Virus record (IMG/VR): IMGVR_UViG_3300029288_000075
Coordinates: 1-64,000 of that record
Length of the DNA stretch: 64,000 bases
Reading direction: 5' to 3' (one strand)
Origin: a virus
Taxonomy: Duplodnaviria > Caudoviricetes
Shown: positions 29,396 through 38,987 of the stretch, piece by piece
How the letters are laid out: the number at the start of each line of letters is the position of its first letter
Position numbering within the stretch: position 1 is the first letter of the stretch
The notes under the pieces: model-generated
Database searches by the model: none
What the model was told of the DNA's origin: nothing
Seen by the model: the letters and a program-made list of their open reading frames with translations, nothing else
Position numbers and translations under genes: made by a program

Positions 29396-30717
29396 TATCG
29401 GCAAATTGGAGAGACGTTTGCTACTCGACAGATTTCCCAGCGTAGCCCCATGGCTGCCTCGAAGTCGCCCTGCAGAGCTTGTAGGAATTCTTCTTTTCCG
29501 GGGATCTGATACAGGTATCCGTCAGGTTCTCCATTGCGGTAGAAGGTTAGGTAGCCACCCTGCTCCTGTATAACACCATAACGAAGTCCGGCGACCAGCA
29601 GCGTACTGTTGAGGTTGAAGCAGCGTTCGTCGTAGTAGTAGGGGGTCTCTCCATGTACGTTATCGTGTGCCCCTGACTTGCCTTTTGTGATCTTCCAGGT
29701 GAACGCCTTGCCTCGAGCTACCTTCTTGTCCTTGGTGCCCTCCTCGATTTTGGAACCACTGTCTACGCTTATGTGCATTGCTCGGGCGTGTTGCAGGGCG
29801 TAGGCGGCTTTGTCCTCCGTGTAGTCCTTGATGTACTTCTGCATGAAGGTCGAGGCTTCCATCTTCTTGCGGTTGCTGCGTACCTGCAGCGTGAAGACGA
29901 GGGAAGTGAAATGCCGCGGGCTGCCTTTGATTTCGTTGTATCGCTGGCAGAACCTGGTAATGCAGTTGGCCCGTAGAGCCTGTTGGGCATATTCCTCTAG
30001 CGAGTCTAGGGCAGCTTCAGCGGCAGGCAGTAGTCCTTCGTAGCTGTCAATACCGATGATGCCAAAGCGGTTGGACCGAAGCATTTCCAGGTTGCGGTCC
30101 ATGAGTGCTTCCATGGTGTCCACACCTACGATTACGTTCGTGCCAACCTCACGGCGTAGTTCAGCCACCTCGGCCTTGGTTAGTAGCGGGAAGCCCTGTT
30201 CCTTTCTTGACGCTTGGAGGGCCTCGATTTCTTCCTCTGGAAACGGCACAATCCAGCCGCATCGCCGAGCCTGCACATAGTCGATGGTTCCTTCGGAGTG
30301 CGTGGCACCAATCACTGAGCGTTCACCGTAGATACGCTGGTGTTGGGCGTAGTAGTGGTACAGCAAGGTAGATTTACCGGAGTTTCCTGGCCCCCCGATA
30401 GTGGTCATTTCTTGTGCGGGAAGCCCTCCTGCAGTGTCTATGTCCAGCTGCATTATGCCGGAGGGTCGGCGAAGCCAGGCGTTGGATGTGGCATCCGCCG
30501 CCAACGTCACTAGTTTGCGGTCTGACTTTCCTCCCTTGGAGTTGATCTTGTTGACTAGTGCCGCTATGTCAGCTCTTTGTTGGCTGAGGCTACCGGTTAC
30601 ACCAGCTAACCTGCCGTGTTCTGTTGTGGGTGCAACGGGAGTGCGCTGCACCTCTTTGGCCATAGGCTTGGTAGCTGCCTTCTTGCTTGCTTTCTTCTTC
30701 GACTTCTTGGATGCCAC
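29395..30717 (-). CDS. recA: RecA/UvsX-like recombinase
   Basis: PSGIMQLDIDTAGGLP, Walker A GPGNSGKST, Walker B IIGIDS, LQVR; GTG 30717 overlaps the upstream TAG. Confidence 0.85.
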   Translation of the reverse strand: MASKKSKKKASKKAATKPMAKEVQRTPVAPTTEHGRLAGVTGSLSQQRADIAALVNKINSKGGKSDRKLVTLAADATSNAWLRRPSGIMQLDIDTAGGLPAQEMTTIGGPGNSGKSTLLYHYYAQHQRIYGERSVIGATHSEGTIDYVQARRCGWIVPFPEEEIEALQASRKEQGFPLLTKAEVAELRREVGTNVIVGVDTMEALMDRNLEMLRSNRFGIIGIDSYEGLLPAAEAALDSLEEYAQQALRANCITRFCQRYNEIKGSPRHFTSLVFTLQVRSNRKKMEASTFMQKYIKDYTEDKAAYALQHARAMHISVDSGSKIEEGTKDKKVARGKAFTWKITKGKSGAHDNVHGETPYYYDERCFNLNSTLLVAGLRYGVIQEQGGYLTFYRNGEPDGYLYQIPGKEEFLQALQGDFEAAMGLRWEICRVANVSPICR

Positions 30718-30875
30718 TAGTCCTTGGTCTTCTCGAACGGCGCGGAGCCATGGGTGGGGCAGAAGAGTAGGTTGCCATGCCGTTCGCATTTGGCTCCGCA
30801 CTCTGGGCAGCCGGCGGTGGCTGCCTTTTCCATTGCCTCTTGATCAGTCGTTTCTTCTACGGCGAACTTTTCCAT
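30717..30875 (-). CDS. Small Zn-ribbon protein
   Basis: CPECG...CPTHG. Confidence 0.6.
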   Translation of the reverse strand: MEKFAVEETTDQEAMEKAATAGCPECGAKCERHGNLLFCPTHGSAPFEKTKD

Positions 30876-31179
30876 TGGTTGCTTCTCCATCGTCACGCAG
30901 CTGAGAAAATACATGGCGTGACTTGGTGAAGTGTACCGTAGTACTGGAGCTTCGTCTCGTGGTACTTTTGCCCGTTCCCTTGTTCTGCTTCAGGTTGCGA
31001 GCACTTGGGTGCTTACTTACGACCGCACGGAACTTGCCAAACCCGGGTAGGATTACCACTCGTCCTTCAGAAACCGCAGCTATGGCCTTGCGCAGAAACA
31101 GCTTGGTCACGGTAGCCACGGTGGTGCTCGAGCAGGCAAGTTCTTCGGCCACTGCCTCGTCCAGTTGTCGTTTCAGCAT
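30844..31179 (-). CDS. HU/IHF-like DNA-binding protein
   Basis: EGRVVILPGFGKF...ARN...VHFTKS signature. Confidence 0.75.
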   Translation of the reverse strand: MLKRQLDEAVAEELACSSTTVATVTKLFLRKAIAAVSEGRVVILPGFGKFRAVVSKHPSARNLKQNKGTGKSTTRRSSSTTVHFTKSRHVFSQLRDDGEATNGKVRRRRND

Positions 31180-31874
31180 CGTACGATATTGAAAGGTAGG
31201 TCTAGTCCCTCGATGTCTTCTTCAGCGACCTCCTTCAGCCAGCGCTTGTTGTCACCGTCGAAGTAGAAGCCTTCGTTAGCAGCCAGGTCTTTGTTCGCCT
31301 TGTCGACCAGTGCCCGTACAAGGACGTGGGGTCGGCAGGCCTTGTCGATGAGAAGAGAGATGTCGGTACCCATCTCGTGGACCTTGGTGAGCAGTCGTGC
31401 AAGGATGTCGCAGTCGGTGAGTGCTCGATGTGCTTGCACAATAGGTACCCCGTGCGCCAGGGCAACGGCGGTGAGGCTTTTGCTGGTGCTGGTGCGCGGC
31501 CACTTCACGTGGTTCATAGCGCAGACCCACTTCATTCCTTGGAAGGTAGGGTGATCTCCAATGAAGCGTTGGTCGAAGGAGGCGTTGTACGCCAGTATGA
31601 CGTCAGAGGCTCTCAGGAACCTTCCAAGGACTCGTTTCACGGAGCTGAAGTCTTCGGGAACCAAGGCCATTAGTTCGGGGGTGATACCGTGCACGTCCGA
31701 CGCTGTCAGGCCCTTTATCCTTTCCATGGAAACCTTGGAGGAGGGAATGACCTCTGAGTACGTAGCAAGTGGAGCAGCCTGCTTGAGGCTGTAGAGGATG
31801 GCGGCTAGCTCGACTATATCGTCGTTGTTCCGCACCCCCGTTGTCTCTGTGTCGCAGATGGTTATGAGGTCCAT
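31173..31874 (-). CDS. DEDDh 3'-5' exonuclease (DnaQ-like)
   Basis: DTETTG, AYNASFD, HRALTD. Confidence 0.9.
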   Translation of the reverse strand: MDLITICDTETTGVRNNDDIVELAAILYSLKQAAPLATYSEVIPSSKVSMERIKGLTASDVHGITPELMALVPEDFSSVKRVLGRFLRASDVILAYNASFDQRFIGDHPTFQGMKWVCAMNHVKWPRTSTSKSLTAVALAHGVPIVQAHRALTDCDILARLLTKVHEMGTDISLLIDKACRPHVLVRALVDKANKDLAANEGFYFDGDNKRWLKEVAEEDIEGLDLPFNIVRC

Positions 31875-31881
31875 GTTCTTC

Positions 31882-33936
31882 CTATTTGGCGTTGCCCCAG
31901 GAGGGCCCTGATCCTATGTCTACAGTGAGTGGTACGGTGAGGTCTGACCAGAACGGGTGCTCCATCCATTCGCGGAGGCGTTCTTTCACTTCAGGTACGG
32001 CACCCTTGGGGCATTCGCCCACGACTTCATCGTGGACTTGCAAGCACATCATGTACTCCAAGCGCTCCCGCAGGTCCACGTCTTCGTAGAGTCGGGTCAT
32101 CGCCATCTTGCAAGCTTCAGCAGCGGTGCCTTGGATTGGCATGTTCGAAGCCTGACGCTGTGCTCTGAACCGCACGAAGTTTCGTGGTGACGTGATGTCC
32201 GGTAGGCGTCGTCGTCTTCCTAGGAATGTGAAAGCGGCCTTGTATTTCGTAGCGTCGTCCACTGCCTCGTCGAAGAAGTGCCTCACGGCGGGGTAGCGGT
32301 CCATGTACTGGGCAATCTTTTCTTCGGCTTCCTCTTCTCCGCATCCCATTCGAGCGGCCATGGCACGCGCTTTCATTCCGTAGTTCAGACCGAAGCCTAT
32401 CGTCTTTGCGTCTCCGCGGGCTTTGAGGCATTGAAGTACCGCCTTGGTCATGGCAGACGCAGGCAACTTTCCAGCCTTCACCTCCTTGTCTATTTTCTTG
32501 GCGGCCACGATGTCGTCGTAGGGGATATCGAACACCAGTGACGCATTGCCCATGTGGATGTCCCAGTCCTTCTGGAAGATCTCGATCATGGCCGGTTCGT
32601 TTGCCGCAGCAGCTAGAAGGCGCATCTCCAGCTGACTGTAGTCGGCGACTACCATCTCGTTCCCATCGGAAGCAATGAATGCCTCGCGCAGGTGGAAGCG
32701 GTCCTTCTCCCCTGTCGTGACGTTCTGCATATTGGGGTCAGACGAGCTCAACCGGCCTGTCCTGGCAACGTCCTGGTTGAGCTTCATGTGCACGCGGTCG
32801 TTTTCGTCGAGACGTGCAGGCATCTTTTGTATGTAGGTGCTGTACTGCTTGGAGATGGCGCCATGCTCCAGAAGCAACCCAGCCACTTTTCCTGCCTTCG
32901 AACCTAGCTTGTAGTCCCTGACGTACTCGAGGAACTTACCATCGATGGATGGCTTGCGTATGCCGCTCTTGCCCCCTTTGGTCATCTTGTGGGGTTTGAT
33001 GCCTTGCTCTTCGCAGAAGTAGCGTGCTAGCTCTGCTGAGCTGTTTGGCTTCAGCACACGCCCGACGATGCTGTTGATCTCAAAGCGTAGACGCTCTAAG
33101 TCTTTGAGGATCCCAGGGCTGATGCTTTCTAGGCGTAGGCGGTCTACACGCAGCCCATTGCGCTCGCAGGCAAATAGTACTCGCGTGAAGGGCATCTCGG
33201 TGCGGTAGTAGTAGTCGTACATCGTCACGATGTGAGGCCACCGGTCGTCATAGAAGCTTTGGGTGCATGTATCTGCCAGCTCTTTATTCAGTACCTCATA
33301 CAGCTTCCATGTCGCGTACGCGTCGTTGGCAGCATAATCTACCAGCTTGTTCATGTTCGTGCGTTCGGCGTACTGCAGCACGTCAAGGGACGTCATCTGC
33401 GTAAAGCGGCCGCATCCAGTCTTCTTGCAGTACCCAGCACCCTTCTCATGGGAGGCCTGCGTCGAACCGCACACGCAGATTCCTTTGCGCACCTTACCGA
33501 AGGTGTCCTGGAAGTCGGTCCACTTCCAGTTCAGCATCTGCCATGCCATTTCCTTCAACCCGTGTGGGTCTTCGTCGTAAAGGAGAGCATGCATCACGGC
33601 CGTGTCGATCAGGTTGCCTCGAATGTCCATGCCAATGTTCGCGCACATGTGCGTGTCGAATTTGGCGTTGGCAAATACCCAGTTCTTGTTGCAGTCCCTG
33701 AACGACCGCTTGAAGGCCGGCATCGTCTCGATGGGCATGGTGATACGACGTTCTATGTCGTTCTTGCTCCAGGAGATTGACCAGTAGTAGGGTTGGCAAC
33801 GGATGATGTCCAAGCCGTTGGTTTCGGTATCGATAGCTACCGTGCGCTGGTCGTAGACTTCGCGGACTAGCCCATCTAGCTCGGAGCTGTCCAGTGTGTA
33901 GTACTCGGCGTCTGGTACGTTGAGGTTCCATGCCAT
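31882..33936 (-). CDS. polA: DNA polymerase family A with 3'-5' exonuclease
   Basis: DTETNG, NAKFD, YAAND, TGRLSSSDPNMQN, DYSQLEMR, AKTIGFGLNYG, VHDE. Confidence 0.95.
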   Translation of the reverse strand: MAWNLNVPDAEYYTLDSSELDGLVREVYDQRTVAIDTETNGLDIIRCQPYYWSISWSKNDIERRITMPIETMPAFKRSFRDCNKNWVFANAKFDTHMCANIGMDIRGNLIDTAVMHALLYDEDPHGLKEMAWQMLNWKWTDFQDTFGKVRKGICVCGSTQASHEKGAGYCKKTGCGRFTQMTSLDVLQYAERTNMNKLVDYAANDAYATWKLYEVLNKELADTCTQSFYDDRWPHIVTMYDYYYRTEMPFTRVLFACERNGLRVDRLRLESISPGILKDLERLRFEINSIVGRVLKPNSSAELARYFCEEQGIKPHKMTKGGKSGIRKPSIDGKFLEYVRDYKLGSKAGKVAGLLLEHGAISKQYSTYIQKMPARLDENDRVHMKLNQDVARTGRLSSSDPNMQNVTTGEKDRFHLREAFIASDGNEMVVADYSQLEMRLLAAAANEPAMIEIFQKDWDIHMGNASLVFDIPYDDIVAAKKIDKEVKAGKLPASAMTKAVLQCLKARGDAKTIGFGLNYGMKARAMAARMGCGEEEAEEKIAQYMDRYPAVRHFFDEAVDDATKYKAAFTFLGRRRRLPDITSPRNFVRFRAQRQASNMPIQGTAAEACKMAMTRLYEDVDLRERLEYMMCLQVHDEVVGECPKGAVPEVKERLREWMEHPFWSDLTVPLTVDIGSGPSWGNAK

Positions 33937-33939
33937 AGG

Positions 33940-33971
33940 TACGAAAAGGGAGGCCCGTGACGGACCTCCCT
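33940..33971 (-). terminator. Terminator/attenuator between SSB and Pol
   Basis: AGGGAGGTCCG-TCA-CGGGCCTCCCT hairpin then TTTCGTA. Confidence 0.7.
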
Positions 33972-33985
33972 ATCCTTTCTGCAGC

Positions 33986-35332
33986 TTAGCGCGTGTACGC
34001 GCGTGCTCGATTTACTGGCTGTCGTTCTTCGCCGCTTTTCTTGGACTTCTTTTTTCGCGCAGGGCGATCGTCGTCGTCCTCGTCTTCATCTACCGGCTCC
34101 TCTTCTTCATCCTCGTCTCGGGTCTTGCGCTTGCGAGGTGGTTCGGCGTCTTCGTCTCGGGCTTTTCGCTTGCGCGGTTTCTCACTACCGTCGTCATCAT
34201 CTGACGGCGGTATGCCGAACAGGTCTTCCTGCTTGTCCAACGAGTCGGGGGCGAAGATCTTGTCCAAAGGAAGTGACTTGCGCAGGTCTTCTCCGTAGAC
34301 GTCTGGGATTGGGCGCGGGCCTAGGAATCCTACGATTTGCAGGATCTTCTGCGTACCTCCCCTGTTTCCAGTGGCTTGCGTCTCCACCAGCTTCACCTTC
34401 AGGTCTACGTCGAACAAGGTAGCTGGGTCCCCGTGGTCGCAGGATGTGCAGCGTGTAATGACGTCTAGGTACCCCGTATGCCCGCAGGCTCTGCAACGAA
34501 CTTCTTCATCGCGCAGGGTAGCTAGCTCCTCCTCGTCCAGGCTGGTTTCACTGAAGATGACTACGTCGGCAGAGCAGTTTTTGCATACCAGCGCCAACTC
34601 CTCGATGGAGTCCTGGGCGCCGCAGGTACGACAATGCTTTGACAGCTCATTCTGGTACTCCTGAAGGACACGCCACTGCGGGAAGTTCAAGGACCAGTGC
34701 ATGAGGTGGCCATCTTTCGACTCGTAGCCGGCAGACGCCATTTCGTCGTTGCGACGGGTGGAGCCTCGCGCCCACTCGTAGTAGGGGTCACCCGAATTGG
34801 GGTTCCTTCGTGTTTTACCTTCTGCGTCAACCTGGGGGATCTTGTAGAACGGGGCCTGCACCAGCACAGTGAAAGCCCATCGCTCCGACCGATTCATGGA
34901 TTTGGGGCTCTTGGACCTGTTGCGATTGCGCATTCGCCACTCGTACCAGAACCAGTCCGCAGCAATGCACGGGTCCCCCTTTCCCTTGAATCGGCCTAGT
35001 GGGCCCTCAGAACCGATACAGCCGCGTTGCCTAGGTCCATGGAAGTAGGACATGTACGTGTAGAACGGCAACACGTCGGCAACGATGTTACCGTCGTCGT
35101 CCTTCACGTAGTCTTTGGCTTCTTCATCGATGAGTGGAGTCTCGTAGCTCCCTGGGATTAGACGGATGATATCTGCCTTGCCATGAATCACGGGAACGAA
35201 CTTGTCCCTGAAGTAGTAGCCTCCGCCTCCTCCGCTTTTCTGAGTTCTTGTGGAGGATCTCTTCATTTGCTGTGCCAGGCTCATTCGCGTCTGTACGTAG
35301 CCTGGTCCGCTTTTGCTTTTGCCGAATGCCAT
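33986..35332 (-). CDS. gp32-like ssDNA-binding protein with Zn fingers
   Basis: IIRLIPG N-terminus, four CxxC pairs, charged low-complexity tail; between primase and Pol. Confidence 0.6.
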   Translation of the reverse strand: MAFGKSKSGPGYVQTRMSLAQQMKRSSTRTQKSGGGGGYYFRDKFVPVIHGKADIIRLIPGSYETPLIDEEAKDYVKDDDGNIVADVLPFYTYMSYFHGPRQRGCIGSEGPLGRFKGKGDPCIAADWFWYEWRMRNRNRSKSPKSMNRSERWAFTVLVQAPFYKIPQVDAEGKTRRNPNSGDPYYEWARGSTRRNDEMASAGYESKDGHLMHWSLNFPQWRVLQEYQNELSKHCRTCGAQDSIEELALVCKNCSADVVIFSETSLDEEELATLRDEEVRCRACGHTGYLDVITRCTSCDHGDPATLFDVDLKVKLVETQATGNRGGTQKILQIVGFLGPRPIPDVYGEDLRKSLPLDKIFAPDSLDKQEDLFGIPPSDDDDGSEKPRKRKARDEDAEPPRKRKTRDEDEEEEPVDEDEDDDDRPARKKKSKKSGEERQPVNRARAYTR

Positions 35333-35370
35333 ATGTACCTTCTTGTGCCTCTTCGGGCGATTTTTTGCGC

Positions 35371-36339
35371 TCAGAACAACGTGAGCAGGTTGTGGTTTGG
35401 TGCTTTGTCTATGAGCCTTCTGAGTTTCCTTGTCGGTATGTCAGTAGGCTGCGGAGCATCGTACAACACAACGCGGAGGTCGGTTGTAGTTTCTTCAAGC
35501 TCTTTGCAGATTTGTATTGTCCCGTCGATGCCGGCCTGGTCGTTGTCCAGCATAAGAATGAGAGAGTTCGTGAGTTTTTGCAGTATCCATCGCTGAGCCC
35601 AGCTCATGTGCTTGGTCATCAGAGCTACCACGTTGGTGATCCCTGCCTGCCAGAGCCACATGCAGGCTTTGAACCCTTCTACGACCACTAGAGGGCCATC
35701 TACTTCTTGCGTCATCAGGGGGAAGATGATGTGGGAGTTCCAGAGCAATTTCCCCTTGTCCGTTTCATATGGAGGAAGATCCCAGACGCGATACTCTTCG
35801 TGGTAGACCTTATACCTGGGCTTCTGCTTCTTCCGCATGGCCCTACCGCTGATTCCTACTAGGTTTCCGTGCATGTCGCGCAACGGGAAGGTGATTCGGT
35901 TGTGATCTTCGTCCACCCCTATCTCGAAATGCAGTAAGGTCTCTTCCGTGAATCCTTCATCCAGCAGGTCTAGCGGGCACTTGTGGAAGACCCCCAGTAG
36001 ATCCCCAGGGATGTGCATGTTGGTGTCGTGGACCACTACACCCGGGTTTGCGGGGTCTGGGGGCGGAGGTAGGTTGGTCTTGATCTCCTCCAGCGTGCAT
36101 CCGTAGTGGTGCCGAATCTGCTCTCGAGTGTGTCCGGTGTTTCGTAGGAACTGCTGAAAGTTCCCGCTGGCGCCGCAAGAGAAACAGATGTAGAGCCCGG
36201 TTTGGATGCTCATGGAGAACGAGGGGTCTTTGTCGTCGTGGAACGGGCAGCGTGCCACTACGTTGTAGGCACCAGCAGGCCGTATGGGTCCGTCCACCTG
36301 CGCCTCGAGGGCGCTCATGATCTTTTCCTTTACGCTCAT
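35371..36339 (-). CDS. DnaG-type DNA primase
   Basis: CPFHDDKDPSF...CFSC Zn domain; ISGR; TOPRIM VEGFKA...DNDQAG. Confidence 0.9.
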   Translation of the reverse strand: MSVKEKIMSALEAQVDGPIRPAGAYNVVARCPFHDDKDPSFSMSIQTGLYICFSCGASGNFQQFLRNTGHTREQIRHHYGCTLEEIKTNLPPPPDPANPGVVVHDTNMHIPGDLLGVFHKCPLDLLDEGFTEETLLHFEIGVDEDHNRITFPLRDMHGNLVGISGRAMRKKQKPRYKVYHEEYRVWDLPPYETDKGKLLWNSHIIFPLMTQEVDGPLVVVEGFKACMWLWQAGITNVVALMTKHMSWAQRWILQKLTNSLILMLDNDQAGIDGTIQICKELEETTTDLRVVLYDAPQPTDIPTRKLRRLIDKAPNHNLLTLF

Positions 36340-37742
36340 GCTGCTCGTTTGGGTACGCGGATGGTGAGACGGTCTATACGGCTCTTCGCAATTTGCGTCG
36401 CACTTGCTACCGGCTTCTCTCCCTTCTTCTTGGAGGCTCCTGATGCCCTCTCGTCTTTGCGTGCTTCTCGCTCGTTGATTTTCTCCACTTCCCGTTCATC
36501 CAGGGGCTCGATGTACGAGAAGTCTTCTGCACAATCTGCGTAGATACGACAGCCGCTGAACTGCCATTCACGCGATCCACCAACAATCAGGCTTACTACG
36601 TCTTTCCCGTTGTAGTCAGGATGTCGCGGCTCGTTGATGACGCGAAGTACTGCAGTGGCATCCTGGCCAACAGAGTCAGAGAAGGCAATTTCGTCGAGGT
36701 TTGCTTGCTGGTTCCCTGCGGCTGCTCGGTTCGCCTGCAGGCTGGCTACTACGGGTGTCTTCAGGTTGAGGATCATCTGTCGAACGTCCCTAGAGATGTT
36801 CTGCACTCTGAAGTTGTCTTTCTGTCCTTTGCCCCCTCGGGCATCCTTCATCAAGTACATGCCGTCAATGAAGATGATGCCTGGCTTGTACTTCTCTGCC
36901 TTGGCCTGCAGCCAGTCCACCGTATCGCCACCTTGGCTGTCCTTACCGTCCAGGATGATGATGTCCTGGAAACGCTGCAGGTCGCGGCAGGCGTTCTTGA
37001 TGCGCTCCATGTACTCGCGCTGTTCGAACGTCAGTCGACCGTGCCTGTAGTCCTGGTAGTTGACTTCTCCCAGGCAGGCAGTGATACGGCGCATGAGGTT
37101 GTCCGCGGTCATTTCCTTGGTGTAAATGAGCGGCGTTTTGCCCTGCAGGAACATGCTGGCTATGAAAAAGGTAAGCATCCACGACTTCTTGCTCTTCGGG
37201 CGTCCGTAGAACACGATGTAGTCGTCATCCTGCACACCTCCAGTGGCTTCGTTGAACACGTCCCATGGCCATTTTGCTACCGAGGTGTCGACCCCGGCCT
37301 GCCGCATGTCGTGGTCTTCTAGGTTTCTCTCGAAGGCATCTACTAGGGATACGTCTGACTGCGCTCCGTACCCAATAGCCAAGACGTTTCTTTGCAGTCG
37401 CTCAACGGCGTGTGATGCGGCTTCTAGGGGGTCGTCGGAGCTGTTGATGATCTCTCTGGATACTGTTTGTAGTTCGAGCCTATGCCGGTTCCGACGAACG
37501 CTGGTGCACAGCGCCTCGAGGGTCATGCCTCTGTCGTGGCAGATGGTGAAATCTGGCCATAGGTTCTTTACTGCGTTTACGCCCAGTTGCCCGCGCTTGT
37601 TCCTCGGGTCTCTTGCGGCTCGTACTAGCCCTTGAAATACGTCTCTTCCTTCGTCGGTGATGAAGTCCCGTTCTTGTATGCCCCAGCTACCGGTTGCTTC
37701 AGAGAGCGACCCGTTCTTGACGATGTAGCTGAGCAGCTGCAT
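36336..37742 (-). CDS. DnaB-like replicative helicase
   Basis: Walker A variant GRPKSKKS, IFIDGMYLM, SLQANR, SDSVGQDA. Confidence 0.85.
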   Translation of the reverse strand: MQLLSYIVKNGSLSEATGSWGIQERDFITDEGRDVFQGLVRAARDPRNKRGQLGVNAVKNLWPDFTICHDRGMTLEALCTSVRRNRHRLELQTVSREIINSSDDPLEAASHAVERLQRNVLAIGYGAQSDVSLVDAFERNLEDHDMRQAGVDTSVAKWPWDVFNEATGGVQDDDYIVFYGRPKSKKSWMLTFFIASMFLQGKTPLIYTKEMTADNLMRRITACLGEVNYQDYRHGRLTFEQREYMERIKNACRDLQRFQDIIILDGKDSQGGDTVDWLQAKAEKYKPGIIFIDGMYLMKDARGGKGQKDNFRVQNISRDVRQMILNLKTPVVASLQANRAAAGNQQANLDEIAFSDSVGQDATAVLRVINEPRHPDYNGKDVVSLIVGGSREWQFSGCRIYADCAEDFSYIEPLDEREVEKINEREARKDERASGASKKKGEKPVASATQIAKSRIDRLTIRVPKRAA

Positions 37743-37776
37743 TTCGGGGTGAGCCGTGGCTACTGCGCTCCTGTTC

Positions 37777-37820
37777 TACGAAAAAGGGGAAGCCATGCTG
37801 CCGAGAGGCGTGGCTTCAGT
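37777..37820 (-). terminator. Intrinsic terminator upstream of the helicase
   Basis: GAAGCCACG...CATGGCTTC hairpin then CCTTTTTCGTAG. Confidence 0.6.
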
Positions 37821-37839
37821 CAATTCGAAATGGGGATGA

Positions 37840-37887
37840 CCCCAAGCAGTAGTGGTACCAACTCACGTATCGCACTACTGCTTGGGG
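37840..37887. repeat. Perfect 15-bp inverted repeat
   Basis: CCCCAAGCAGTAGTG-N18-CACTACTGCTTGGGG. Confidence 0.9.
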
Positions 37888-38205
37888 CTACACCTGCTCA
37901 GCTTCGGCGGTCTGCTTTGCTCGCTCTCCTATGCCGGAGGGTTCCGACACCATGAGAGGCCTGCCGGCAGGCTGCACGAACACTCTATCGGCGATGTCCG
38001 CTTCCATACAGGCCCGCAACTCTGCCAACTTGTCCAGTGTGGTCTTGGACCACTGGTTACCCGTAGTCTCACCGTACGTGTTGCCAGTTTCGGTGTTGAC
38101 GTAGGCGGCATGGGCGACCAGCACAAGTGGTGATGACGCAAAGCTTATGGCGTCGATGTCCAGCACGGCAACGGCGTTGAACGCCGGGACTCCTACAACA
38201 GGCAT
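37888..38205 (-). CDS. Hypothetical protein
   Basis: Coupled to the upstream gene. Confidence 0.6.
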   Translation of the reverse strand: MPVVGVPAFNAVAVLDIDAISFASSPLVLVAHAAYVNTETGNTYGETTGNQWSKTTLDKLAELRACMEADIADRVFVQPAGRPLMVSEPSGIGERAKQTAEAEQV

Positions 38206-38510
38206 CAGCCACCTTCCTCTTCTACGAGCAGTTCCCAGCCATCGTTCAGAAGTTCGCAGGCTTTGTTGAACGCCAGCCCGCCCGCCTTGTTGATGGCTGA
38301 CTTGTTCTGGTCGCAGTGCAATGTGACGGAAGCCTGTACGCGCACCGAGCCAAAATCCATGCTGCGTCCCACGGACATGGTTACACCGGCTGGTTGTTTT
38401 TCAAGGTCCTTCCAAAGCCTTGTGTACTTGTCTTCGGACAGCACGCCTTCTTCGGTACTGGCCTTCTTCGGAGCCTTGGGTGTTCTGGTCACGGTGAAGG
38501 TACCGGTCAT
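38205..38510 (-). CDS. Hypothetical protein
   Basis: Overlap-coupled at both ends. Confidence 0.6.
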   Translation of the reverse strand: MTGTFTVTRTPKAPKKASTEEGVLSEDKYTRLWKDLEKQPAGVTMSVGRSMDFGSVRVQASVTLHCDQNKSAINKAGGLAFNKACELLNDGWELLVEEEGG

Positions 38511-38986
38511 ACTTCAAGCTTTTCAGGCTTGTGATATGCAGCGCGCATGGATTTGAACTCCTTCACGCAGTCTGCGGGGATTTTGCCGCTGGCGATGGCA
38601 GATTCCACCTTGGCCTTGTCCACCTTGTACGCAGTGACACGCACTGTAGACCCACCGTAGGCCAAGAATAGCTCCTTGCCCAACTCTTCGAACATCTTCT
38701 CGCCGTCGTACTGGGGGGTGTAGGAGTAGAGGTCGAACGGGCCACAGGACACTCCTCGGGTGCGTACTGCCTTTTCTGCTGCCTCTAGTGCGGTGTTGTA
38801 CCGCTGCACGATGTCGGTGTAGAGACGGAATATCTCCGGGTGGTCTGCTTTGAGTCCCTCTAGCTCCTGCTTTACGTCCATGAAGTCTGACACTTCTTGG
38901 ATGTCGTCGGCCGACACGCGCTTGGCTGTGGCTTCCTGCGCGCTGGTTGTTTTGGGAGTGCTTTTCTTGCTCTTCTTGCTTGCCAT
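38507..38986 (-). CDS. Hypothetical protein with Lys-rich N-terminus
   Basis: Coupled; KVDKAKVESAIASGKI tail. Confidence 0.65.
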   Translation of the reverse strand: MASKKSKKSTPKTTSAQEATAKRVSADDIQEVSDFMDVKQELEGLKADHPEIFRLYTDIVQRYNTALEAAEKAVRTRGVSCGPFDLYSYTPQYDGEKMFEELGKELFLAYGGSTVRVTAYKVDKAKVESAIASGKIPADCVKEFKSMRAAYHKPEKLEV

Positions 38987-38987
38987 G

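Noticed and set aside
35809-35835. GGTATAAG match inside the primase gene
   Set aside because: No upstream A element and no downstream gene start
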